The position numbers and the translations under genes were made by a program. Shown here in pieces: positions 24,118 through 32,812 of a stretch of DNA of 64,000 nt; the stretch's first letter is position 1, and each line of letters begins with the position of its first letter. Source of the stretch: Octopus bimaculoides (lineage: Eukaryota); contig NC_068993.1 of NCBI RefSeq assembly GCF_001194135.2, forward strand, positions 55,477,165 through 55,541,164, read 5' to 3'. Under the pieces are notes generated by a model. The model was given only the letters and a program-made list of their open reading frames with translations, did no database searches and was not told the origin of the DNA.

Positions 24118-26367
24118 TGTGTAGGCAAAATTAATAGAGGTTGCAAAAGTGACAGAGGGTACTGACTAGCACCACTTTTGCTAAAGATAAGAGTTAAATT
24201 AATTCAAAGCCATTTGGATTCACATTTCAGGGGCACTTTACTTTCAAAGTATTTTCCCATTATCTGCCAGTTTGGTTGTGTAACATTGCAAGCAACATCG
24301 AACTTCACTTTCAATGTATTATATATATATNNNNNNNNNNNNNNNNNNNNNNNNNNNNNNNNNNNNNNNNNNNNNNNNNNNNNNNNNNNNNNNNNNNNNN
24401 NNNNNNNNNNNNNNNNNNNNNNNNNNNNNNNNNNNNNNNNNNNNNNNNNNNNNNNNNNNNNNNNNNNNNNNNNNNNNNNNNNNNNNNNNNNNNNNNNNNN
24501 NNNNNNNNNNNNNNNNNNNNNNNNNNNNNNNNNNNNNNNNNNNNNNNNNNNNNNNNNNNNNNNNNNNNNNNNNNNNNNNNNNNNNNNNNNNNNNNNNNNN
24601 NNNNNNNNNNNNNNNNNNNNNNNNNNNNNNNNNNNNNNNNNNNNNNNNNNNNNNNNNNNNNNNNNNNNNNNNNNNNNNNNNNNNNNNNNNNNNNNNNNNN
24701 NNNNNNNNNNNNNNNNNNNNNNNNNNNNNNNNNNNNNNNNNNNNNNNNNNNNNNNNNNNNNNNNNNNNNNNNNNNNNNNNATATATACCTCTTCTTTTTC
24801 TGCATATTAAGCAAGGACATTTCTCTGAGGTTACCAGGGTCCTGACCTCTTTCCTACTTACTAAAACATTCATATTTACCTCAAAACCTCTCAAATCTAG
24901 GTTTAGCCTCCAGCATGGAATTCCTTTTCTAAGTCCCTTATAGATTCAGCAATGAGAACTAGAGCATCAACATATATGCGTCTCCATGAAAAGTGAGTCT
25001 TAAACTCTTCAATAATGGCCTGTTGGCCTATGATAGATAAGAGAGGGCTGAGGACTGAACCTTGATGGAATCCTACCTTGATGACCATCTCTACAACTAT
25101 CTCTTATGGAGCTGCAGCTTTCCCTTTCTTCATGTCCTTGACTGCTTTATTCACAATGCTGCTGTCAACTTGAATTGCTGGGCCTTCTGAAGGGTGAGCA
25201 TAAGGTAGCCCCCTTTTAATCCTCTCACAATAGCACTTCTAAGCTACTTTCTTGTCTTCCATATCGGTGGTGAATATGCTTTCCTCATTCTGAATAAATA
25301 CACATCTCATTTATGAGGAATGAGCTAAAATAAAATTACACATTAACTGTACCGACCTAAGGCAATCCTCTCGTGCTGCTGGTTCAGAAGGAACCGTTAT
25401 TGATGGAGAAGTAATGTAGGAGAGAGAATGAGAGAAGAACACTGTCTTGTTTCTTGTACTATTTTATAAGGGATAAATGGAACTTACCACTGTCCCTTTT
25501 TTTCAATCGATATCTGTCATACATATCCCAACTAGAAACCTGTACACTTTGATCCTGGAATAAAGAAAAAAATTCACTTTTTGGTAATAATATCCATTCT
25601 CATTATAAGCACAAGATCAGAAATTTGGGGGAAGTGGTTAGTTGATTAAAGTGAACCCAGTATTTGACAGGTGCTTTATTTTATTGATCCCTCCAAAAGG
25701 ATGGAAGGTAAGGTTGACCCCAATAGGAACTGTACTTACAATGCAAAGAGCCAGAGCAACAGTATTTGAACTCAAACCATAAAACCAGAAGATACGCAGC
25801 TAAGCATTCTTCATCCAGCATGCTAATGATTCTGCCAACTTCCCACCTTCAATCATAATAATACTAACAGTTTCAAATTTTGGCACAAGGCCAGCAATTT
25901 CAGGTTTGGTGGAAGATTTTAATTCAGAACTTTTGAAAACAAAACGTTTGTACTACAGAGCCAGGGGTAGTTTCAGGCAGGTTGGTATCGAAAGGGTTAA
26001 TAACATGAGAAATATATGAAAACAAATTTCTACTAACCAAATGTTTGATAGGCAGAGTCTGTACAAGCTTCAGTTTGCGGGGGTCATTGAAGGTGTTAAC
26101 CCCCTTCGATACATAACGATCGTTGCCGACTCTGTTCTTCACCAACTGAAATAATTCAATAAAAATGAAAATATATTAAAGAAAGAATATGAAATGGGGT
26201 TCATAAAAAGCAATCAGGAATATCATTTTCAAAGTTGTCATTAAATGCTAAATTGATAAAGTGGGTCTTATTGAGAGTAGAATGTTGATGAAATATAGGT
26301 AATGGTAGAGTTGAATAAAAAGTTAAAATGTTGATAAAAAAAATTCAATAAATACAACAATAACGAA

Positions 26368-26412
<45 letters not shown>

Positions 26413-27242
26413 GAGTGAGAGAACAGTGCATGCCATCAAAGTGACACTGGGATAAAATATAAGAAACCCAGTATACCCATCATGACTACCCGTCTGATAA
26501 GAGTACACTAGCCATGCATTAACAGAGGATGTTATCCAAATTTGGCCCTACAATTATATGATATCTCTTTACCTCATGATACAGGGCATTCCTTTTCATA
26601 ACCAGTTTTGCTTCTTCAGTATCTTGCTGAACACAAGTTGAGATTAGTTCAAACAACATGAATGTCTCTGTCTCTTTCAGATGTATTTCAACTTCCTTTG
26701 TTAAATCAGTTTCTCTAAGAACTGTGGGTGACTCCGATTTTTCTACAACAACTGTAAATAGAAATTGAGATTGATCTTGTTTTTCTTTTCATTTATTGCA
26801 AATATCCTAAAGGATTTATGATTCAGTGTGACCATGTAATAGAGAATAGGAAGCTAGACATAGTCTTAATTGAAAAAGAAAACAAACTATGCAGGATAAT
26901 AGACATAGCATGCCCAGCAGACAACAAGGTATGTGATAAGAAAGAAAGAAAAGTCAAGAGATATGACAGGTTAGCTTGGGAAGTTAAGCAGTTGTGGTCG
27001 ATGAAAAAGGTAGCAGTAGTACCAATAATTGTCAGAGCCCTGGGAACAGTGAGCAAAAATATCGAGGAGCACATGGAACAAATAGGGGCTGTAATAAGGG
27101 TGGAGCACTTGCAGAAAACAGCACTGCTTGGAACCACCTGAATACTCCTGAAGGTGCTCGAAAAATAAGAGGTGTTACCTTAGTTCACTGGTAGTGAGCA
27201 GCTAACAATGCAGTACATCTCCAGCATTAGAAGCTGTGCAAA

Positions 27243-27290
<48 letters not shown>

Positions 27291-30200
27291 CCTTTCTGCT
27301 GTAGGCACAAGGCCTGAAATTTGGGGGAGAGGGGACTAGCTGATTACATTGACCTCAGTGTTTCACTGATACTTAATTTATCGACCCTGAAAGGATGAAA
27401 GGCAAAGTTGACCTCAATGCATGTGCCTGGTGTACCCTTATCAGATGGGTAGTCATGATGGGTATACTGGGCTTCGTATATTTTACCCCAGTGTCATTTT
27501 GATGGCATGCACTGCTCTCTCACTTAATAATACTAATAATTATAATAACAATAATACCTTCCCAGGATGGAATATCTTCAGTCTCAATAAACTCTTCAAT
27601 GCGATCATGGTGAGAAGTTGTATTAAATATAGATCTGGAAAATCAGTAAGTAGAGCAAATGTTTCAAGAACATAGTTTCGTTTGTTTCATTTTAGTTTAT
27701 GTACATATATATGTATGTATAACCTTGTCTAGACATCACACGATGGTTGTAAACGAGCCTCATCTGGAAACAAGTAAAGTTATTCATTTCTACTCTTTGC
27801 TGAAAAACATATCTATTTATGGGAAAATATTACCTTGTTTGGAACCATTATTGGGTTGGTAAGAAGAAGGGTATCTGGCAGTAGAAAATCTGCTTCAACA
27901 GATTCTGTCTGACTCATGCAATAGTCTACAGTTCCTGTAAATCATTGCAATAGAGGATTTCTCTTTGGAGTTACACTTAAACACAAGCTTACAGTTAAAA
28001 CTCTGTGGTCAGAACTGATGCTTGCAAAACTATTATAGGCTTCAACAGTTCAAAGAGAGTTCTTCCATTTTCTATTGACAAGTATGTTGTCTACTTAGGA
28101 CTTTCTCCCATGTGGATATGAGACTATCAAAGAATATAAAATTACAAAGTGCAAAAGAATATATACACATGAATGATACATACGTATCTACATACTCTTG
28201 AATGGTCATTGACTCTGACGAATTCTTCTGCTCTTTGATGGGTTTAGTTTTATTGTTTTTTTTTTTGTCCCATAGGGGTGTCCAAAAATCACCTGCCTCA
28301 TCTAGCAAGTTTCAAGGGGTTGCTAGTTTAGTCGCCATCAGCCCGGCCGTGCAAGAGATTGTACTGGGTTACATGATACAGTACTGCTCAAGTGCAACCT
28401 GACATTTGATTTTGATTGGTGATATGGTGTTCCAGTGATAATAATTATGAAGATGGTGTAAGATGATGCAGGAATGAGAAAGAAGTGAATACCCCCTAAT
28501 TAACAAACTTCAGTAAGTGTCAATGTGACTGAGAGTGATGACTTACCTTGAAAAAGGACCACCACTCACATTTGAAGATGCTGTTATGCCAGGTGCACTC
28601 TCAGGAGGCTGGAGAAAAAAAGACATAGAGTTGTGTATTTCTCACTTTCTAACTTCCTCTCACTCTATCTCCTTTTCATTCACTCTCTTTCACTTTCATG
28701 TTACCTGTTGCTACTAATCCAACACTCCTTCCTGTCAGCCATTTGTCTCCACAAACATCACCCTAGCCACACATCTTCAATATTTCTCTCTGCTAAGATT
28801 GTAAAGCCAGACACAAATCCTTAAATATGCTACCTACACTTGTATTTTCTGTGTCTGCCTCTATCTTGAGTCAAAAAAACACCTTTGCTTACATTCTACA
28901 TTTATTTGTTCTTGTTTTGTTGTACCAGTTTTTTGTCCCTGTCTCATTAGTTTTCAGTCTTAAGACTTTTTTTTTTTACAATCTCTGTTCAATGTCCCAT
29001 GTGATTTTAGTTGCAGACTTGTCATTGCTTTGTTTTGTGTGAACACTGGTACTTTTTAGATGAACACTACCAACCTTTTGCAAGTGGCAAAATCATAACG
29101 GTTCTGGATTAAAAGTTGCCTAATGAAATAGGTTACATATTCCTATACTATTCATAAGTCTAGTAAACAGAATTTTTTTAAAAAGTTCTATCAATCTAAT
29201 GTGTGCACCACAGTAACAATTCATTATGTTAGTTAATTGATCCTGATTTACATCCCAGTATTTCAAGTGTTTCTATGCAACATAAATTACAGTTACTCCC
29301 GCCTCCTTTATATGGAAGTGCAGGTTCATATAATGGTCCTTGAAATATAGCAAGCTGGCTGAATCATTAGCACATCAAGCAAAATGCTCAGCATCATTTC
29401 CTCCATCTTTACATTCTGCACTCAAATTCCACCAAGGTCTACATTATCTTTCATTCTTCTGAGGGTTGATAAAATAAGTACCAGATGAGTACTGAGTTTG
29501 ATGTAATCTACTTACCCCCTCCTCCAAAAATGCTGGACTTGTGCCAAAATTTGAAACCAATACTCCTATCTTTCAAGTCCCAGATAAATTTTGCTAAAGA
29601 TGTATTAGGTTATTTTTTCCTATCATCAAAAGAATTTAAGTGGTTACTCAACCTACCTGTCATGATTGGGTTTCTCAATATCAGTCTGATTTATACATCA
29701 AAAGCATCCCAGTGGTAGCATATGAGTCTTTCTATGCATTAATGACTTTGTTATCCAATGTACACACATACATACTTACACACATGCATGAGTACAAAAA
29801 TGCTGATGTTTCCACACAGTGAAAGACAAGTAAACAGTTCTGGTAGAATTAACAAAAAAGCAAGAATATTTACAAAGTAATTACTTACAGTTACAGCTTC
29901 ACCTTCAATTACATTACTACGTTTTCCTAACAGTGGTAGAGGAGTTACATCAATGTTGTTTTCATTAAATAGCTACAATGTAAATAACAAAGATTAGAGA
30001 AGTTCACTAAGGTAGCCTATTCAAGCAAAATAACTTGCCTGTTAAAATGGCCACTACTTTGCTCCAGTGTAAACTTCTCTTAATTGAAAAAGATTTAACA
30101 TGAGTGGCATTATGTTTGCAAAGACAGACACCTAATCATGTTAAACCTTATCCAACTTGATGAAGTATGCACTGAAACAGACCAGCAGCAACTTTAGCAG

Positions 30201-32334
30201 GCAAGCTATTTTCTATCAGTGGGCTCTCTTAGAAAAGATTTACAATTTTTGGACGAAAGCATCATCATTTAACATCCCTTTTTCCATACTGGCATGGATT
30301 GGACAGGTCAACAGGTCAAGATGAGGAGGAGGGGAAGATGAGGACGAGGGGAAGATGAGGGGAGGGGAAGATGAGGTGGAGGGGAAGATGAGGAGGAGGG
30401 GAAGATGAGGAGGAGGGGAAGATGAGGATGAGGGGAAGATGNNNNNNNNNNNNNNNNNNNNNNNNNNNNNNNNNNNNNNNNNNNNNNNNNNNNNNNNNNN
30501 NNNNNNNNNNNNNNNNNNNNNNNNNNNNNNNNNNNNNNNNNNNNNNNNNNNNNNNNNNNNNNNNNNNNNNNNNNNNNNNNNNNNNNNNNNNNNNNNNNNN
30601 NNNNNNNNNNNNNNNNNNNNNNNNNNNNNNNNNNNNNNNNNNNNNNNNNNNNNNNNNNNNNNNNNNNNNNNNNNNNNNNNNNNNNNNNNNNNNNNNNNNN
30701 NNNNNNNNNNNNNNNNNNNNNNNNNNNNNNNNNNNNNNNNNNNNNNNNNNNNNNNNNNNNNNNNNNNNNNNNNNNNNNNNNNNNNNNNNNNNNNNNNNNN
30801 NNNNNNNNNNNNNNNNNNNNNNNNNNNNNNNNNNNNNNNNNNNNNNNNNNNNNNNNNNNNNNNNNNNNNNNNNNNNNNNNNNNNNNNNNNNNNNNNNNNN
30901 NNNNNNNNNNNNNNNNNNNNNNNNNNNNNNNNNNNNNNNNNNNNNNNNNNNNNNNNNNNNNNNNNNNNNNNNNNNNNNNNNNNNNNNNNNNNNNNNNNNN
31001 NNNNNNNNNNNNNNNNNNNNNNNNNNNNNNNNNNNNNNNNNNNNNNNNNNNNNNNNNNNNNNNNNNNNNNNNNNNNNNNNNNNNNNNNNNNNNNNNNNNN
31101 NNNNNNNNNNNNNNNNNNNNNNNNNNNNNNNNNNNNNNNNNNNNNNNNNNNNNNNNNNNNNNNNNNNNNNNNNNNNNNNNNNNNNNNNNNNNNNNNNNNN
31201 NNNNNNNNNNNNNNNNNNNNNNNNNNNNNNNNNNNNNNNNNNNNNNNNNNNNNNNNNNNNNNNNNNNNNNNNNNNNNNNNNNNNNNNNNNNNNNNNNNNN
31301 NNNNNNNNNNNNNNNNNNNNNNNNNNNNNTATACATTTTATCTTTTACTTGTTTCAGTCATTTAACTGTGGCCATACTGGGGTACCACCTTGAAGAACTT
31401 TTAGTTGAATGATGAATCCACTCTAGTACTTATTATTTGTTTTTTTTTTTTTGTAAGCCTGGTACTTATTCTAATGGTAAGTACCAGGTACTTATTTAGA
31501 GCCAGTCCATCGGCACTGGCAACAATCTTGCTCGAATGTCTTTTCACGTGCCACTGGCACAAGTGCCAGGGAGGCGACCGCTTATTTGCACAAACATTTC
31601 ACATACAGTAGAAGATACTCACACACTGAGTCAATTAAATATTATAGTTTCTCTTCTCTCATAAATCTGATCTAATGATTTAATGGATTGCTTCAGAGTT
31701 GAACTTATAGCAATACATAATCCATGAAATATTCTTGTCTGATTTTGGATCTTACTTTTTCATATCAGAGTAGAAAGCCCTGCAAAACTCTTGGAACTGC
31801 CCCTCCTCCTTTAACTTACAAAAAAGAAAAATGAGTCTTCATGATTATTGCTATCTCTGAGATGATTAGGAGAACTGTAAGATATTGGTACTAATTTATA
31901 ATCATGAACACAAAAATTGCCTGCAGACTACATGAAGATGTCTTTCATTAAAAATTTATACTAGTTTTTAATGTTGAATGTCATAAAAATTGTCATAATC
32001 CTGCCAATGCTAGATAAATGAAGTTTCATAATTTTTTTTATTGGTCATCCATATAAGAGAGATTTCAAATTTATTCTATATTTTTATATTAAATTTACCT
32101 CCCTAACACTTGGAAAACTTCAGACCATTTTATGAGGGAAATAAAATTTTAAGACAATTATTCTTAGGACTAAGAGCAGACTTAAAGGAAACTTTATTCA
32201 AATGTTAAATATCAGAAAAAGTGAAAATATCTTGGTTGCTTCTCCTAAAACTGAGAATGATTATTCTTAAAATTCTAATAAAATCTCTAATGAACATACC
32301 GGTTTTGGTGAGTTTTCGTCGATTTTTGCTCCAT
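4723..32334 (-). CDS. DNAI4: Dynein axonemal intermediate chain 4 (WDR78; IC138-like WD40 protein), multi-exon gene span; terminal coding exon not resolved
   Basis: 20 GT-AG exons with matching phases give motifs such as [106 protein letters not shown], which match WDR78 as recalled. Confidence 0.93.
5132..5219 (-). CDS. DNAI4: DNAI4 exon (LDPIIHYSP...[10 protein letters not shown])
   Basis: tttcacag/gtatgt, phase 2-0. Confidence 0.92.
5387..5801 (-). mobile_element. Two tandem tRNA-derived SINEs of the family with the gactttgcctttcatcctttcggggtcgataaa core (Nin/Deu-like domain)
   Basis: Same core recurs at ~9400-9700, 25600-25900, 27290-27415, 29340-29570, 38300-38480, 42492-42700, 57120-57300, 63260-63490. 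Confidence 0.75.
5830..5927 (-). CDS. DNAI4: DNAI4 exon ([32 protein letters not shown])
   Basis: cattacag/gtaagt, phase 0-2, WD repeat. Confidence 0.93.
6030..6330 (-). mobile_element. (GAT)n-tailed interspersed repeat (LINE 3' end or SINE)
   Basis: ggaagggcatccagctgtaaaa...gatgttaaacgatgatgatg; copies at ~7740-8030, 11270-11420, 18350-18430, 50320-50480, 56770-56920, 57410-57620. Confidence 0.7.
6355..6680 (+). mobile_element. tRNA-derived SINE (gtgtccttgagcaagacactt family)
   Basis: A/B-box-like head ggatgtggctgaatggttagg...gttcgattccc; reverse copy at ~60190-60500; copy split by a nested insertion at ~57310-57740. Confidence 0.7.
6690..7010 (-). mobile_element. Tc1/mariner 3' remnant with TIR-like end
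   Basis: [33 protein letters not shown] translation; CAGGGTGTTTG terminus after a TA-rich site. Confidence 0.6.
7506..7634 (-). CDS. DNAI4: DNAI4 exon ([31 protein letters not shown]...FFSSI)
   Basis: tattccag/gtaagt, phase 0-0. Confidence 0.94.
9234..9321 (-). CDS. DNAI4: DNAI4 exon ([29 protein letters not shown])
   Basis: ctttccag/gtaagt, phase 2-0, most diagnostic WDR78 motif. Confidence 0.95.
10661..10793 (-). CDS. DNAI4: DNAI4 exon (DMMHLRR...[19 protein letters not shown])
   Basis: tttttcag/gtaagt, phase 1-2. Confidence 0.9.
11633..11790 (-). CDS. DNAI4: DNAI4 exon ([17 protein letters not shown]...[21 protein letters not shown])
   Basis: attttcag/gtgggt, phase 2-1. Confidence 0.92.
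12700..12773 (-). CDS. DNAI4: DNAI4 exon ([24 protein letters not shown])
   Basis: atttccag/gtaaga, phase 0-2. Confidence 0.92.
14720..15000. repeat. Diverged ~35-40 bp minisatellite with TTCYNRGAA palindromes, running into a gap
   Basis: Unit like gaactttccaggaagtaattcgcccctcttccccttcctt. Confidence 0.8.
15272..15349 (-). CDS. DNAI4: DNAI4 exon ([26 protein letters not shown])
   Basis: gtttcag/gtaggt, phase 0-0. Confidence 0.93.
15934..16020 (-). CDS. DNAI4: DNAI4 exon ([29 protein letters not shown])
   Basis: tttcaaag/gtaagg, phase 0-0. Confidence 0.94.
16203..16560 (-). mobile_element. Near full-length tRNA-derived SINE with Meta/V-type central domain
   Basis: tRNA-like head ggaggcgcaatggcccagtggttagggcagcggactcgcgg...ggtttcgattccc; central gatggactggcatcccatccag; 3' end agaaaccaggaaaccgggcccatgagc. 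Confidence 0.75.
16705..17125 (+). mobile_element. Mariner transposase N-terminal (HTH) remnant
   Basis: [45 protein letters not shown] with stops and frameshifts. Confidence 0.75.
17331..17399 (+). ncRNA. Type I hammerhead ribozyme motif, extended Schistosoma-like architecture, G8A core variant
   Basis: Stem I GATC-a-GTGGC-tat-CGGACG / CGTTCG-t-GCTAC-a-GATC; core CTGACAA; stem II AGGG-aaataa-CCCT; GAAA; stem III CC-tg-GG; GTC cleavage triplet 17380-17382. Confidence 0.78.
17989..18125 (-). CDS. DNAI4: DNAI4 exon (VDSSEAEE...[27 protein letters not shown])
   Basis: acgctag/gtgagt, phase 1-0, start of WD40 region. Confidence 0.92.
18454..18495 (-). pseudogene. Duplicated fragment of DNAI4 exon 17989-18125 with premature stop, abutting a gap
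   Basis: 40/42 identical to 17989-18030; TGG to TAG; donor site replaced by SINE sequence. Confidence 0.8.
19433..19535 (-). CDS. DNAI4: DNAI4 exon ([34 protein letters not shown])
   Basis: tatttcag/gtgagt, phase 0-1, strongly conserved motif. Confidence 0.93.
19884..19936 (-). mobile_element. 5' head fragment of the same SINE family, ~25 bp from a DNAI4 donor site
   Basis: Near-identical to 16505-16557. Confidence 0.75.
19962..20092 (-). CDS. DNAI4: DNAI4 exon (GSDILKSTL...KIDEVILQ)
   Basis: tttctcag/gtaaat, phase 1-0. Confidence 0.8.
20834..21310 (+). mobile_element. 5'-truncated R4/Dong-type (RLE) non-LTR retrotransposon inserted in a (TAA)n tract
   Basis: [38 protein letters not shown] (stop 20948-20950) then 3' UTR; (TAA)n on both sides. 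Confidence 0.7.
22150..23400 (-). mobile_element. Highly decayed Penelope-like RT remnant, interrupted by a SINE at ~22690-22905
   Basis: Scattered motifs LDVK.., DPYPS, CIEDI (YIDD-like), SDSH, IPFL in expected order across frameshifts. Confidence 0.35.
23535..23657 (-). CDS. DNAI4: DNAI4 exon ([11 protein letters not shown]...GSRKSE)
   Basis: aatttcag/gtagag, open frame, symmetric phase 1-1; low-conservation linker, could be skippable. Confidence 0.65.
24795..25260 (-). mobile_element. RTE-clade LINE reverse transcriptase fragment, degraded
   Basis: [11 protein letters not shown] and [13 protein letters not shown]...[12 protein letters not shown] (YADD-type motif decayed). Confidence 0.75.
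25488..25554 (-). CDS. DNAI4: DNAI4 exon ([22 protein letters not shown])
   Basis: ttattccag/gtaagt, phase 0-1, WD.YD motif. Confidence 0.88.
26038..26145 (-). CDS. DNAI4: DNAI4 exon ([36 protein letters not shown])
   Basis: tatttcag/gttagt, phase 0-0, NR.GND.YV motif. Confidence 0.9.
26411..26520 (-). mobile_element. (TAA)n-tailed short element, copy 1 of an inverted pair
   Basis: ~90% identical (manual alignment) to the reverse complement of 27416-27528. Confidence 0.75.
26573..26751 (-). CDS. DNAI4: DNAI4 exon (VVEKSESP...[11 protein letters not shown]...KRNALYHE)
   Basis: tttacag/gtaaag, phase 1-0, I.L.ETET and RN..Y motifs. Confidence 0.88.
26800..27244 (+). mobile_element. R4/Dong-type RLE non-LTR retrotransposon 3' fragment (restriction-like endonuclease domain)
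   Basis: [19 protein letters not shown]...[23 protein letters not shown]...VVPIIV.ALG.V...LQKTALLGT; ends directly at (TAA)15. Confidence 0.8.
27416..27528 (+). mobile_element. (TAA)n-tailed short element, copy 2 of the inverted pair
   Basis: See 26411-26520. Confidence 0.75.
27558..27634 (-). CDS. DNAI4: DNAI4 exon ([25 protein letters not shown])
   Basis: ttttccag/gtatta, phase 2-1 bridges neighbouring exons. Confidence 0.75.
28273..28420 (-). mobile_element. Tc1-like 3' end remnant with TIR
   Basis: TA-GGGGTGTCCAAAAATCACCTG terminus; decayed C-terminal transposase-like sequence. Confidence 0.5.
28547..28608 (-). CDS. DNAI4: DNAI4 exon ([21 protein letters not shown])
   Basis: tttctccag/gtaagt, phase 0-2, G.F.R motif. 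Confidence 0.82.
29889..29972 (-). CDS. DNAI4: DNAI4 exon ([28 protein letters not shown])
   Basis: ttgtag/gtaagt, phase 0-0, conserved DVTP.PL motif. Confidence 0.88.
30319..30441. repeat. 18-bp purine-rich minisatellite (gatgaggaggaggggaa-like) running into a gap
   Basis: Direct reading. Confidence 0.85.
31820..31874 (-). CDS. DNAI4: DNAI4 tentative exon 2 ([18 protein letters not shown])
   Basis: tcttacag acceptor and gtaagt donor, phase 2 to 0 fits flanking exons; peptide not recognisable. Confidence 0.3.
32300..32334 (-). CDS. DNAI4: DNAI4 putative first coding exon ([12 protein letters not shown])
   Basis: Only ATG near the promoter on the minus strand (caagATGG) followed by CG|gtatgt donor; no homology support for this divergent N-terminus. 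Confidence 0.5.
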
Positions 32335-32797
32335 CTTGGGCAACTAAATGAGAAGGGAAATATTTTTGGTCTGAGTAGAAGTTATTTAATGAAAAAATTT
32401 GAAGCTTGTTGGTTGTTTGCTTAAGTAGAGAAATCTTGTAGAAATATCTTGTAGACAAGAGTTGCTATGAGATACGCAGTGCGTGATCACAAGTCAATTC
32501 TGATTGGTCGACAGTAATTTCATGTGTGCCGTTCAATTATCCTGTTTTCATCTAAATTCCTGGGTTATTTATTCAAATAAACGATACTGCCATTGAACTT
32601 GAGATGAAAGAATTTTTTCAGTACTTTAAATTTGAGAAATTTTACCATATTTTTAACGATAATATAACATTAGAGGTTCTATTAAGCAAACTACTCGACC
32701 AATGAAATCATCCGTCTTAGCGAAGTTTGGAAAGTCCCTCCATTTTGTAAGCCTCAATCTGAATCGTAGTTTACCTAGCCCATAATTTATAATGAAA
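32335..32797. promoter_or_regulatory. Bidirectional promoter/5' UTR region shared by DNAI4 and MIER1
   Basis: Divergent start codons ~460 bp apart; ATTGG at 32503-32507, CCAAT at 32699-32703, X-box-like 32461-32475, YY1-like AAAATGGCGG 32795-32804, locally raised CpG. Confidence 0.8.
32461..32475. promoter_or_regulatory. RFX X-box-like site GTTGCTATGAGATAC
   Basis: Matches the GTTGCY-ATG-RG.WAC family; ~127 bp upstream of the putative DNAI4 ATG, a ciliary gene. Confidence 0.6.
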
Positions 32798-32812
32798 ATG
32801 GCGGAAGGCAAC
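32798..32812 (+). CDS. MIER1: MIER1 first coding exon (MAEGN); in-frame upstream ATG at 32792 also possible
   Basis: aaaATGGCGGAA followed by gttagt donor in phase 0; MAE start as in vertebrate MIER1. Confidence 0.72.

Noticed and set aside
28072-28308. Minus-strand ORF as a DNAI4 exon
   Set aside because: No polypyrimidine acceptor, overlaps a Tc1-like terminus, and the exon chain is already phase-complete without it
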